From Laetmonice hystrix (lineage: Eukaryota), in assembly GCA_965235115.1 (NCBI GenBank), contig OZ249436.1, positions 744,001-808,000 of the forward strand: DNA of 64,000 nt, written 5' to 3'. Below, in pieces: positions 1 to 13,555 of this stretch. Numbering within the stretch: the first letter of the stretch is position 1; every line of letters begins with the position of its first letter. The notes under the pieces are model-generated. The model was given only the letters and a program-made list of their open reading frames with translations, made no database searches and was not told the origin of the DNA. Both the position numbers and the translations under genes were made by a program.

Positions 1-224
1 CAGTCTGTACACAGGGTGAACCATGTAAAACCGTGGACAGGTCAGCTAGCTCCCCAAGTATTGTTCTACAGGTCCCTTGACCCGACACGGTGAACGACCC
101 CGCCAGTCTGTACACAGGGTGAACCATGTAAAACCGTGGACAGGTCAGCTAGCTCCCCAAGTATTGTTCTACAGGCCCCGGGACCCGACACGGTGAACGA
201 CCCCGCCAGTTTGTACACAGGGTT
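1..224. repeat. ~103-bp tandem repeat, 2+ copies, probably truncated by window start
   Basis: cagtctgtacacagggt recurs at 1, 104, 207. Confidence 0.9.
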
Positions 225-821
225 CAATCAGAAGGAATCGTGAACGTATGAACAATCTTTGTTAGTGTTAGCCACGTCAGCTGGAGGTAATCCCACATGT
301 GTGTCTGTAGCTGAGATGGCAAAGGTAGAATCTGGTCGTCACATGTGTGTCTGCGTACGGAGGTGTTGTACTCATTACGTAATGAACGGGACGAATGGCC
401 CTGCTTTATTTAACTACAATGTTGGAGAGTTCAAAAGTACCAGTTGTATGGGAAGTATCCCCCCTTCTCCCCTATTGAAAATTCTGGACCATGACCCCGC
501 GACGGGAAAATGCCCAGGGCCCTCATCTCAATCCCCCCCCCCCATTACCAGGTGAGTGGGTACAGGTGATCACTGATGTGCTGTCAGGAATCCTCCCTCA
601 GGTCATGGCTGACTCTGTCGTCTCACAAAGACTTTAACGGTCACTTGGTCAGCATAGACACAAAGACTGACGTCAGTCGGTCAGTCGGCCACAAACGTCA
701 TTCTTGGGTCACTTATCCAAGCCGACAACTAAAAACGTTTGGAAAACATTCAGATGAGAAACGATATAATGTATGACTAAAACGTTTTGATCACGTTTCT
801 GTGAGCCGGGATTATACAGGC

Positions 822-1223
822 ATACAGACAAAGGATTCTGAGGATACATGTGGGAATAAAACTGTTTTTATCAAGTGTTTAGATAGAAAAGGCACAGGTA
901 AATACAGACAAAGGATTCTGAGGATACATGTGGGAATAAAACTGTTTTTTATCAAGTGTTTAGATAGAAAAGGCGCAGGTAAATACAGACAAAGGATTCT
1001 GAGGATACATGTGGGAATAAAACTGTTTTTTATCAAGTGTTTAGATAGAAAAGGCACAGGTAAATACAGACAAAGGATTCTGAGGATACATATGGGAATA
1101 AAACTGTTTTTATCAAGTGTTTAGATAGAAAAGGCGCAGGTAAATACAGACAAAGGATTCTGAGGATACATCTAGGGATAAAACTGTTTTTATCAAGTGT
1201 TTAGATAGAAAAGGCGCAGGTAA
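822..1223. repeat. 80-81-bp tandem array, 5 copies
   Basis: atacagacaaaggattctgaggatacat... repeated. Confidence 0.95.
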
Positions 1224-1632
1224 TATGACCCGCTCAGATGATAACTCAAAGGAAACTAAAACGTGAAACTTGAGTGTGACCAAGTCGTGAGACCAGCAGC
1301 AGAAGAATTATTAGAGTGAAACATGAATGCGGAACTCAAGTATTAATTTAGTGGAAAAAGAAACGGCAGCAAACGTTAAAAAAAACAGGCCACCGACTTC
1401 GTGACGAGCTAACGGGTCATTATACTCGACGTGAACAGCAACCAGTAAGGTGGTGAATTTATTATCGTCTTGACGGCCACAGAAATACTCCTGTAGACTC
1501 GGATAAATGTAGTCTTTACCATTAGACATTATTAAATGTGAGCTCGTATATTCTCATAAATTCATCTTTCTCCGTTATGAATGTATCTCCCAGTTTAAAC
1601 AAGCATGTTTAAAAAGGAAAGTCGCCATTATA

Positions 1633-2919
1633 TTGGTGTTTATGTTTCTTTGTGTCCTTTGTAAACAAGAAGTATTATTATACCGCAGAAACTACCAATT
1701 GTAAGTCACACTCTAAATGTGTTATGTTGGTGTTTATGTTTGTAAACAAGAAGTATTATTGTACCGCAGAAACTACCAATTGTGAGTCACACTGTAAATG
1801 TGTTATGTTGGTGTTTATGTTTGTAAACAAGAAGTATTATTATACCGCAGAAACTACCAATTGTGAGTCACACTCTAAATGTGTTATGTTGGTGTTTATG
1901 TTTGTAAACAAGAAGTATTATTGTACCGCAGAAACTACCAATTGTGAGTCACACTGTAAATGTGTTATGTTGGTGTTTATGTTTCTTTGTGTCCTTTGTA
2001 AACAAGAAGTATTATTGTACTGCAGAAACTACCAATTGTGAGTCACACTGTAAATGTGTTATGTTGGTGTTTATGTTTCTTTGTGTCCTTTGTAAACAAG
2101 AAGTATTATTGTACCACAGAAACTACCAATTGTGAGTCACACTGTAAATGTGTTATGTTGGTGTTTATGTTTGTAAACAAGAAGTATTATTGTACTGCAG
2201 AAACTACCAATTGTGAGTCACACTGTAAATGTGTTATGTTGGTGTTTATGTTTGTAAACAAGAAGTATTATTGTACTGCAGAAACTACCAATTGTGAGTC
2301 ACACTGTAAATGTGTTATGTTGGTGTTTAGGTTTCTTTGTGTCCTTTGTAAACAAGAAATATTATTGTACCGCAGAAACTACCAATTGTGAGTCACACTG
2401 TAAATGTGTTATGTTGGTGTTTATGTTTGTAAACAAGAAGTATTATTGTACCACAGAAACTACCAATTGTGAGTCACACTGTAAATGTGTTATGTTGGTG
2501 TTTATGTTTGTAAACAAGAAGTATTATTGTACCACAGAAACTACCAATTGTGAGTCACACTGTAAATGTGTTATGTTGGTGTTTATGTTTGTAAACAAGA
2601 AGTATTATTGTACCACAGAAACTACCAATTGTGAGTCACACTGTAAATGTGTTATGTTGGTGTTTATGTTTGTAAACAAGAAGTATTATTGTACTGCAGA
2701 AACTACCAATTGTGAGTCACACTGTAAATGTGTTATGTTGGTGTTTAGGTTTCTTTGTGTCCTTTGTAAACAAGAAATATTATTGTACCGCAGAAACTAC
2801 CAATTGTGAGTCACACTGTAAATGTGTTATGTTGGTGTTTATGTTTCTTTGTGTCCTTTGTAAACAAGAAGTATTATTGTACCGCAGAAACTACTAATTC
2901 TGAGTCATACTGTAAATGT
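1633..2919. repeat. 81/94-bp tandem array, ~15 copies
   Basis: gaaactaccaattgtgagtcacac unit with or without a 13-bp segment. Confidence 0.95.
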
Positions 2920-3156
2920 GTAGAAAACTTGCCAAGTCCTTGGTCTTCAAGAGTTGTCTGATGAGAAGATATAAATTGTCAGTGAAGGTTACCGACAGTC
3001 GAGTGTTTACTGTTTGAAGTGAGACCTTGTAGACAGAGTATCCTTGAGGACTGGATTGAGAGTACTCGACTGTTGTTAGAGTGGTAGTTTGGTAGTCGTC
3101 AGACCACAAAGATAACGACCACCAGCAGATCATGTAAATAATGGTCACATCAAAGA

Positions 3157-4311
3157 ACTCCAGGTGTTCTTCAGGCAAAGTTAACCTCTATGTGGTTACC
3201 TGTGCTGACCCCAGGTGTTCTTCAGGCAAGGTTAACCTCTATGTGGTTACCTGTGCTGACTCCAGGTGTTCCTCAGGCAAGGTTAACCTCTATGTGGTTA
3301 CCTGTGCTGACCCCAGGTGTTCTTCAGGCAAGGTTAACCTCTATGTGGTTACCTGTGCTGACCCCAGGTGTTCTTCAGGCAAGGTTAACCTCTATGTGGT
3401 TACCTGTGCTGACTCCAGGTGTTCCTCAGGCAAGGTTAACCTCTATGTGGTTACCTGTGCTGACTCCAGGTGTTCTTCAGGCAAGGTTAACCTCTATGTG
3501 GTTACCTGTGCTGACCCCAGGTGTTCTTCAGGCAAGGTTAACCTCTATGTGGTTACCTGTGCTGACCCCAGGTGTTAGGTGTTCTTCAGGCAAGGTTAAC
3601 CTCTATGTGGTTACCTGTGCTGACTCCAGGTGTTCTTCAGGCAAGGTTAACCTCTATGTGGTTACCTGTGCTGACCCCAGGTGTTCTTCAGGCAAGGTTA
3701 ACCTCTATGTGGTTACCTGTGCTGACCCCAGGTGTTCTTCAGGCAAGGTTAACCTCTATGTGGTTACCTGTGATGACCCCAGGTGTTCTTCAGGCAAGGT
3801 TAACCTCTATGTGGTTACCTGTGCTGACCCCAGGTGTTCTTCAGGCAAGGTTAACCTCTATGTGGTTACCTGTGCTGACCCCAGGTGTTCTTCAGGCAAG
3901 GTTAACCTCTATGTGGTTACCTGTGCTGACCCCAGGTGTTCTTCAGGCAAGGTTAACCTCTATGTGGTTACCTGTGCTGACCCCAGGTGTTCTTCAGGCA
4001 AGGTTAACCTCTATGTGGTTACCTGTGCTGACCCCAGGTGTTAGGTGTTCTTCAGGCAAGGTTAACCTCTATGTGGTTACCTGTGCTGACTCGAGGTGTT
4101 CTTCAGGCAAGGTTAACCTCTATGTGGTTACCTGTGCTGCCTCCAGGTCTTAGGTGTTCTTCAGGCAAGGTTAACCTCTATGTGGTTACCTGTGCTGACC
4201 CCAGGTGTTAGGTGTTCTTCAGGCAAGGTTAACCTCTATGTGGTTACCTGTGCTGACCCCAGGTGTGGTTCAGGCAAGGTTAACCTCTATGTGGTTACCT
4301 GTGCTGACCCC
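3157..4311. repeat. 51-bp tandem array, ~22 copies
   Basis: ccaggtgttcttcaggcaaggttaacctctatgtggttacctgtgctgacc. Confidence 0.95.
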
Positions 4312-4689
4312 TATACCAATAACAGAATGCTATCTGTAGAACCAAGCTTGACTTCAAACTAACCACCTCGGAGACGATCACTAATGTCATAGGTACACTT
4401 TGAACAATGATGTCTAAAGTTGCCCAAGGAAATTTGGGATGAACTAGTCGGACTTCAAATAGTTGTCCTGTTACCTTGCCGCAATGCTTAAACATGGATG
4501 GAATCAAGAGGATTAAAAGACGTTGGTAACTTAGTTAAATCTTCCCCACCCCACTTCCCACACCCCACACCACACCCCACACCCCACCCCACACAAAAAG
4601 TACTGTTCAATTCGTGTTCTTGCCTTCAGAATCCCGTTGGCACCCCGGAGATAGGTCCGTTTCACTATTCGTATTGAGTATTCTAACTG

Positions 4690-4900
4690 TTTTCGCCGTG
4701 AAGATGGCCTTAGATGCCGACACGACGTAAAACCACCATTACTCACTCACTCCTGATGCCAATGGGTGCAGCAATCTTGGAGCCGGGGTTCGATTCCAGT
4801 AGAGGACTATACAACTTTTCTCTTTCCGGACACTCAAAGTAACTGGGTTACGCCTGATGCCCGTGCATTTAAAAAAAAGAAAATCACACTCACTCACTTG
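4690..4900 (+). mobile_element. Probable tRNA-derived SINE fragments
   Basis: Pol III B box GGTTCGATTCC at 4787-4797; two (ACTC)n tails near 4741-4752 and 4886-4898. Confidence 0.4.
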
Positions 4901-4964
4901 TTTTGTGCCGTTGAGTTCATAGCCAAGGAACTGACCTTCCTTTGGTGTAGCTAACTACATGTAT

Positions 4965-5590
4965 TATTTGGTGTAAAATGACCATTGTTTGGTGTAAAAT
5001 TACGATTATTTGTTGTAAAATTACGATTACGTGTATTTGGTGTAAAATAACCATTATTTGGCATAACATGATCATTATCTGGCGTATCATGACCATTATT
5101 TGGTGTGTAACATGACTATTATTTGTTGTAACATGACCATTATTTGTTGTAACATGGCCATTATTTGTTGTAACATGACCATTATTTGTTGTAACATGAC
5201 CATTATTTGTTGTAACATGACCATTATTTGTTGTAACATGGCCATTATTTGTTGTAACATGACTATTATTTGTTGTAACATGACCATTATTTGTTGTAAC
5301 ATGACCATTATTTGTTGTAACATGACCATTATTTGTTGTAACATGACCATTATTTGTTGTAACATGACCATTATTTGTTGTAACATGACCATTATTTGTT
5401 GTAACATGACTATTATTTGTTGTAACATGACCATTATTTGTTGTAACATGACCATTATTTGCTGTAACATGACCATTATTTGTTGTAATATGACCATTAT
5501 TTGTTGTAACATGACCATTATTTGCTGTAATATGACCATTACCGGTATTTGTTGTAACATGACTATTATCTGTTGTAAAATGACCATAAT
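4965..5590. repeat. 21-bp tandem array, ~28 copies, ending ~20 bp before an acceptor
   Basis: catgaccattatttgttgtaa; degenerate at edges. Confidence 0.95.
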
Positions 5591-5609
5591 TTGGTATTGT
5601 TTGTTTCAG

Positions 5610-6436
5610 GAGTGAGTTACCCCGAGTTCAGGTACCGCCGACCTCCCCCCTCCTACAACGCCTCAATGCAGGAATACCAACACCAGTTGATGCTTGCTCA
5701 GATCCAGCATAACACTGGAGAAGGGGGGCCCCAGGCCCCCGGCCCTGAGGCGGCAGCGGCAGCAGCGGCGGCAGCGGTAGGGGCATCCACTGACGACAAC
5801 TACAGCTTGCCGTCCTCACCACCACCTACATACAAGTCCCATGCGTCCACAGTCCGGCCAAGTCTCCACATCACTTTCCCACCACAGAGTGAGGACTATC
5901 CGAACTCTCGACCTCCCACCTACAGGTCCCGGGTAGGTACTGCCAACCGTCCAGCACTGAATGTTGACATGACGGCCGGACCAGACGAGGAGGATGAGGT
6001 GGGTGTGGACAACCCAGCGTGTACGGAGTCAGGACACGTGGACACCCAAGGTCATGACCAAGGTCACCAGAACAGTCTGCCAGTACCGCCAGACTCTGAG
6101 AGCGTCTCGTCCACACTACACAGGGCGTCACTGGTCACTGATTACCTGGACAACCTGTTGGAGAACCACGACGGCACGCTGGACAGAGAAGTGACCATGG
6201 ATTCAGAGTCAGTGCCAGAACCGCTGGCAGAGCCCACGGCAGAGCGGGTGGCAGAGCGGGTGGCAGAGCCGGTGGCAGAGCCGGTGGCAGAGGCAGAGCC
6301 CGATTCGACTGGCCCTCAAAACGTCAGTGTACCCACATCAAGCGAAGACTTAGCCAAGTCCACCCTCAGTATCAACTCTGACGTCACAAATACGTCAAAC
6401 GAGGAGAACAATAGAATTCGTGACACCCCGCTTTGA
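5610..6436 (+). CDS. Terminal coding exon of an unidentified protein with a disordered acidic tail and three PPxY motifs
   Basis: Acceptor ttgtttcag|GA at 5609/5610 (phase 1); open to TGA at 6434-6436; non-repetitive coding-like sequence with PPPSY, PPPTY, RPPTY and a poly-Ala run; upstream exons not identified. Confidence 0.8.
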
Positions 6437-6463
6437 TGACGTCATAAGTAGAATGGAAGGCAA

Positions 6464-7470
6464 CCTTCCCATCTACTGATAGGTCAGCTAGGCAAGGAGT
6501 GAACGGTCCCATGACCTTACTTAGGACAGATTAACCCGTCTACAGACAGATCTTTCCCATCTACTGATAGGTCAGCTAGGCAAGGAGTGAACGGTCCCAT
6601 GACCTTACTTAGGACAGATTAACCCGTATATCTACAGACAGATCTTTCCCATCTACTGATAGCTCAGCTAGGCAAGGAGTAAACGGTCTCATGACCTTAC
6701 TTAGGACAGATTAACCCGTATATCTACAGACAGATCTTTCCCATCTACTGATAGCTCAGCTAGGCAAGGAGTGAGCGGTCCCATGACCTTACTTAGGACA
6801 GATTAACCCGTATATCTACAGACAGATCTTTCCCATCTACTGATAGGCTAGGCAAGGAGTGAACGGTGCCATGACCTTACTTAGGACAGATTAACCCCTA
6901 TATCTACAGACAGATCTTTCCCATCTACTGATAGGTCAGCTAGGCAAGGAGTGAACGGTCCCATGACCTTACTTAGGACAGATTAACCCGTATATCTACA
7001 GACAGATCTTTCCCATCTACTGATAGGTCAGCTAGGCAAGGAGTGGACGGTCTCATGACCTTACTTAGGACAGATTAACCCGTATATCTACAGACAGATC
7101 TTTCCCATCTACTGATAGGTCAGCTAGGCAAGGAGTGAACGGTCCCATGACCTTACTTAGGACAGATTAACCCGTCTATCTACAGACAGATCTTTCCCAT
7201 CTACTGATAGGTCAGCTAGGCAAGGAGTGGACGGTCTCATGACCTTACTTAGGACAGATTAACCCGTATATCTACAGACAGATCTTTCCCATCTACTGAT
7301 AGGTCAGCTAGGCAAGGAGTGGACGGTCTCATGACCTTACTTAGGACAGATTAACCCGTATATCTACAGACAGATCTTTCCCATCTACTGATAGGTCAGC
7401 TAGGCAAGGAGTGAACGGTCCCATGACCTTACTTAGGACAGATTAACCCGTATATCTACAGACAGATCTT
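6464..7470. repeat. ~92-bp tandem array, ~11 copies, just after the stop codon
   Basis: ttcccatctactgataggtcagctaggcaaggagtg... Confidence 0.95.
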
Positions 7471-7554
7471 GAAAGCGAGCCGCAATGACAGCGTAAGTTC
7501 TTTTGAACATGAAGAGATTCTCTGGTGTTGTTTTCTGAGAATTCTCTGCACCTG

Positions 7555-8437
7555 ATCATCTACCTGTCCCGTACGCTGGACAGTTTCAGTGGTAGGATCT
7601 ACCTGTCCCGTACGCTGGACGGTTTCAGTGGTAGGACGTTCATCTACCTGTCCCGTACGCTGGACGGTTTCAGTGGTAGGACGTTCATCTACCTGTCCCG
7701 TACGCTGGACGGTTTCAGTGGTAGGACGTTCATCTACCTGTCCCGTACGCTGGACGGTTTCAGTGGTAGGACGTTCATCTACCTGTCCTGTACGCTGGAC
7801 GGTTTCAGTGGTAGGACGTTCATCTACCTGTCCCGTACGCTGGACGGTTTCAGTGGTAGGACGTTCATCTACCTGTCCCGTACGCTGGACGGTTTCAGTG
7901 GTAGGACGTTCATCTACCTGTCCCGTACGCTGGAGGGTTTCAGTGGTACGACGTTCATCTACCTGTCCCGTACGCTGGACGGTTTCAGTGGTACGACGTT
8001 CATCTACCTGTCCCGTACGCTGGACGGTTTCAGTGGTAGGACGTTCATCTACCTGTCCCGTACGCTGGACGGTTTCAGTGGTAGGACGTTCATCTACCTG
8101 TCCCGTACGCTGGACGGTTTCAGTGGTAGGACGTTCATCTACCTGTCCCGTACGCTGGACGGTTTCAGTGGTAGGACGTTCATCTACCTGTCCCGTACGC
8201 TGGACGGTTTCAGTGGTAGGACGTTCATCTACCTGTCCCGTACGCTGGACGGTTTCAGTGGTAGGACGTTCATCTACCTGTCCCGTACGCTGGACGGTTT
8301 CAGTGGTAGGACGTTCATCTACCTGTCCCGTACGCTGGATGGTTTCAGTGGTAGGACGTTCATCTACCTGTCCCGTACGCTGGACGGTTTCAGTGGTAGG
8401 ACGTTCATCTACCTGTCCCGTACGCTGGATGGTTTCA
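7555..8437. repeat. 45-bp tandem array, ~19 copies
   Basis: tcatctacctgtcccgtacgctggacggtttcagtggtaggacgt. Confidence 0.95.
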
Positions 8438-9152
8438 ACCTCTCTGGCCTTGACACTACGATCTATTTTTATAAATGGTAATTGAATTGTAACCTAAGGA
8501 ATCCTTTCCCCCTGTGTATTTCTAAGAAGTATATAAGAAGCGCCTTACCAGAACAGGAAGAGGAGGGATACATCCTTTTCTTAACCTGATCTCAAACCTC
8601 TAGCCTAAACCGTTCTGTGATTACCTTATTGTTGTGCATTGTATTGCACAGATATGAACCTGAGACCTGCTGATGTTGATTAGTGTTTTTAATGGACTCT
8701 ACACGAGTACAAATATTGCCGTATAGGGCTATACAGTGCTGCCCCTAGTGAGAACTGGAGAATATATACCCTGGCGGTGAGAGTAGGAACAAATCGGCGA
8801 GCGCCATACAAACTCTGCTGTTACCAGACGGCGGTCGGTGACGGGTGTTTCACGATGGTTTCTCAGTGTGAGAGTGTTGGACTATTTGACAGAGCGAATC
8901 AAAACAATCATTTGGCAGACCTGCTGTACTACTTTTATAATATGGCCGTCAGTAGACAGACATTACCTTTTATAATATGGCCGTCAGTAGACAGACATTA
9001 CCTTTTAGTTTCATGAAGGCATAAATTATCAGACCAAGTATCTAGAAAGATTGCAAGTTACTGAGTACAAGTATGTGGAAAACAAAGCTAAAAGTACCAC
9101 TTTGTCTTCATTGGCATTTTATTAATATTTTAAATATAGATTCTATTAATAT

Positions 9153-9204
9153 AATAAAACTTTAAATGTTAACTAGGTCCGTTTTTTCCTAGTGAGAAAA
9201 TAAA
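9153..9204 (+). promoter_or_regulatory. Candidate polyadenylation signals of the upstream gene
   Basis: First AATAAA hexamers I found after the stop (9153, 9199); another at 10580. Confidence 0.25.
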
Positions 9205-9401
9205 TTGGATCAATGCAAAAGCAAGGGAAATGCGGCATTTGTTTAGCTTGCTGCATCAGTTGGCCAAGGTATATCCTAGAATTGCGCTATTGCCACTGCT
9301 AGGGGCTTGTAGATCGTTTTGCTTGAGTCAAATTTAAATTGTTTTCATTAGATCTACTGCTTTCTTGTGTTCTGTAAACTTTCCAGGTATCACGCAGACA
9401 A

Positions 9402-9727
9402 GGATTATCAGTCGCGTTTCATCAGTGACTGACAAGGTTGTCTGGTAGTTTATACGGATTATCAGTCGAGTTTCATCAGTGACTGACAAGGTTGTCTGGT
9501 AGTTTATACGGATTATCAGTCGAGTTTCATCAGTGACTGACAAGGTTGTCTGGAAGTTTATACGGATTATCAGTCGAGTTTAATCAGTGACTGACAAGGT
9601 TGTCTGGAAGTTTATACGGATTATCAGTCGAGTTTCATCAGTGACTGACAAGGTTGTCTGGTAGTTTATACGGATCATCAGTCGAGTTTCATCAGTGACT
9701 GACAAGGTTGTCTGGAAGTTTATACGG
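9402..9727. repeat. 54-bp tandem array, 6 copies
   Basis: ggattatcagtcgagtttcatcagtgactgacaaggttgtctgg... Confidence 0.95.
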
Positions 9728-12519
9728 TTGCCTTGAGAAACTTGATTGAATATTTACAGCCCCCACACGACTATTTATTTATTAAGTTATATATTTCATG
9801 AATTTGAAGTTACAAGTATAATTTGTCTAAGGCATTGAGTGCGTGTTTTTTACAGAAGGTGAGTTACGTGCGTGTTGAAGGGCAGATTTACCGGTGTGGA
9901 CAGTGGTAGAAGTACAGTGTCGTGGAGCCATGTCAGAGAAGTCAAATGTTAAGAATATGGATATTTACAGTGTTCTTTCGCTTAAAGTTTTTTCTATAAG
10001 TTTTTTAATTCAGCCTTTTGCTAGTCACACTCACATATCATATGTATTATTATGTAGCATGGCATATTAATTTAAATATTGAACTTGCGTACCGCTCGCA
10101 GTATACTGCAAATTTGGCATCTTCTGAGTCATTGCATTTGTTGATGCCATATGTGCTTTGCATATAACGCCTTGGCAATATAGCCATAGTCTCCTAACCT
10201 ACCTGGTACGCTGGTAGATTGAGTAGTAGATATTTTCAGGTTCACAGCCCATAAGGTGTGTCTGTGGATGAGCTGTTTGTATGATTGCATTTAAGAATAT
10301 TCAGAACCGATATGTAGTGTGTGACGATGTCTGTTCATGTCAGGTGTGTGGTGACAGATTCTGGCTGAGTGAAGATTTATATATGTATAAAGCATCTTTT
10401 CTGCTACTCGCATATTCATAAGACATATCGATCAAATCAATACATATAGTGGTATATTTTTGGCGATGTATTATTCTGTATGTGTGATTTTATAAATGGT
10501 CAGTGTAAAACTAGACATGTACTTTCTATTGTAAAAAATACCTTGTGTATGTGTCTTTAAATACAATGTTGGCATGTAAAATAAAGGTGAACCACGAAAT
10601 GTCTCACCAACTGACAGTCCGTAAGGTCATGGAAGGTGGTAGGGGCCTGGGGTCTCAATCCAATCTTTTATCGTGAAAACAAAGGTTATACAAAGTGGGT
10701 AATGAACGAATGAACAATTATTTCACTTAGATATCTTGTGTGTGTGTATCCGCATAGTGAAAACAATATAGAAGTATGAATTGAGAGGGTCCAACAGGAG
10801 CCGTTAGAAAGACTTGATTTAGTACAATGACACAAGCTGGCAATATACAGAGACTTTCTGTGCCACACTGGTAAATGGATGTATAAAATAAGTGCAGAGA
10901 AAAAACGATTGGGGATTGTTAGCAAATTTATTTTGAAAATACAGTATGTATTGCAACATGTAAATACAATACAAAGTTCAGTGTTAGAAATTCATAACCA
11001 TTTATTGACTTTAATGAAGCATTGAATAGAGTTAACTATTAGTGCAGTTAAAAGGGCAACTCCTTGTAGTACTGTGTGGTGGTTTGCTGGCCTGTGGATG
11101 GTTGTGGATTGTGATTGTAGGCCCACTCTGTGGTCTTGTGGAGACAGCAGTCAGCAAGTATATCTAGTATCACTCTGTGATCTTGTGGAAACAGCAGTCA
11201 GCAAGTATCACGGTTGTCCTGATAAATAATCCCCATAAGTAAAACTTGTGCTCGGGTCTATCATGCTTGTTTTAGAGTATGAGTACTCGTAATAATATCT
11301 TTGTATCAGCTTGACATCGTACCACTACCTTCAGTGTACTGCTTAATTTCGGAATCCAAGTGTCTAACCAAAGCTATTCAATACTTGTCATCTATTCATA
11401 TCCAGAGCTCTATATTTGGTTAATTATTGTGAATAACTCGTGTAAAGACGTGATCAGAATAATGAGTATAGCCCAGTACGGCAGTAACCAGCCTACTTTA
11501 TACAGCTTGTAGGACCTGAAAATACCGACCGGAAGTTGAAAATAAAAGTTCGATGATCAAAGCATAATACCACGCCTACGGCTTCGTCTCTGGCCTCTGG
11601 TATCACGACTATATGTGACGTTATGGTTGTATGTACGTATGCCTTGCAAGAAGAATGTTCTGTGAGTAATTCTAGGAAAAGCGATAATTCTCTCATGCAT
11701 GAGATGACAGGCACTGTCAGAATTTGACGATGTTAATTGGCATGATGAGTTACAATTCTGACAATGCCAGAAAGGCTGTCGTTCGAATCACTTTTGTAGA
11801 GTCAATGCGTGTTTACGTGAGATCTGCTGGCATCCAGCCTGTTGTTTGCTTCTGGTGTTTGCAAACAAGTGTGATGATGACCAGTGTATAGTGAACGGTT
11901 ATTGATTACAGTTCTGCTGTGTAAAAAGATCATTATACCGTATACCAGAGGTATAATATATTATAAGTATCTTTCTACATTACATGCATTGTAGTACTGG
12001 TTACCCAGTATACATTAAAAACTGCTGTGTTAACCTAGCGAGAAAGTATCTGTTGTCCTTGAAGCTAAGGTACCAGTATTTTAATATTTTTTTTGACTTT
12101 ATAGTATACCCTGATTTTTACCTTATACCTTGTACCGGAATCTTGAAGAGTCCTCCACCCCCCACCCCCCACCCCTCCTCCTTGATTCCAGTAATCGATC
12201 ATGAAATGTCAGCGTTCTACACATCGATAAATAGAAGTAGACGGGATACAAAGTAGAGCTAAAGTATTCAAATATTATTTGGCATATTCAGGTACTTTTG
12301 TTGCCCTTGGTCCTTATTTTATGGCTCTCTGGGTCACCTCCTACATAATCTGACCAGAATAACCCACAGAGGGATTAGGAATTACTGAATAGACTTATTC
12401 TAAAACTTCGGTCTTATAATATTAGCATCGCCCTAGAAACGTCCTAGTATACAAAATTATATATTAGCTGCAAAATACAACGTAGGGCCTACTGTCCAGG
12501 CAGTGTCTGGACTAATGCA

Positions 12520-12600
12520 TTGTCGCCATCTGTTGAGAAACGGCGGAACTATATAATCCATTCCTGACGTCAGGCGTAGTTATACAATAAATACCCACAT
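12520..12600 (+). promoter_or_regulatory. Candidate SEC14L1 proximal promoter with full CRE palindrome
   Basis: CCTGACGTCAGG at 12563-12574, TATATAA at 12550-12556, about 380 bp upstream of the ATG in unique sequence; TSS unknown. Confidence 0.35.
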
Positions 12601-12946
12601 TTGAGTGAATCAGTGGAACTAGGGTTTCACGCTCAGCAGAGACATGTAATTAGCAAGTGCCACCAGAAGGTGTCGGAAATTATTATTTAAAAACTCATAA
12701 GCCTGAGCATTATATACTGACACAATCCTTGTCAATCTTAACTGTAACTTTGAAAGTAACTACTTTCTGTGACTTTAACTTCCGGTTGAGTGTAGGGTGT
12801 GGTTGGGTTGTTGTGAATGAAGCAGAATAATAACAGTTTGAGGCCGACAACTGGCTGATTGTTGCGTGATCTATCAATGCAGACCTGACGAAGAGCGTTA
12901 TTACTGGTACCTTTTGTGGTATCAGGTTGTGGATATACGGTAGAAG

Positions 12947-13009
12947 ATGGTTCAGAAGTATCAGTCTCCTGTACGTGTGTACAGGTACCCGTTCGAGATG
13001 GTTATGGCC
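12947..13009 (+). CDS. SEC14L1: SEC14L1-like coding exon 1 (MVQKYQSPVRVYRYPFEMVMA)
   Basis: ATG at 12947; donor GCC|gtgagt; 63 nt, phase 0. Confidence 0.95.
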
Positions 13010-13405
13010 GTGAGTATTTGTTCAGGATCTATCCGTGCGCTAACACTAGTAACAGTAACATTGACAATGAATGAGTTTGACAAACTACTGTCATCTCATC
13101 CGGCTTGTTCATATCTTTGCCCACAGTCGTCCTTTCTCGTTGTAGGCCTATGTCATTTTAAATAACGTAACAGGTATTAGCTTTGCCAGTAGTATGCGGA
13201 ATGATGTGTCCATAATTACGTTCATTGACATCGATTTTTTGGTATTGGACCATCTGCATGATCTGGGCCTAACAATAGGACAATTAATATTATTAGTATT
13301 ACAAGACCGTCAGACCAAGTCAAAGTGCATTGCATTGTCATTGCCATGAAAGGCTCAGGATCATGTACGTGTGGTACATTGTATTATTATTTCTTCTATT
13401 TCCAG

Positions 13406-13555
13406 GCGTATGAGAAGCGGTTTCCGACGTGCAAGATGATCCCGGTGTTTGCTGGTAGTGAAATCACCAGTGAATATAAAAGTGATGATGGCGCGATCAA
13501 TGTCGTGGAAAGAAGATGCAAACTTAACATTGATGCACCTTACATCTTGAAAAAG
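13406..13555 (+). CDS. SEC14L1: Coding exon 2 (AYEKRFPTC...APYILKK), PRELI/MSF1 domain
   Basis: ttccag|GCG ... AAG|gtaact; 150 nt. Confidence 0.95.

Noticed and set aside
259..555. 98-aa ORF ending near cag|gtgagt as an upstream exon
   Set aside because: No convincing acceptor, no recognisable protein, includes C-run low-complexity sequence
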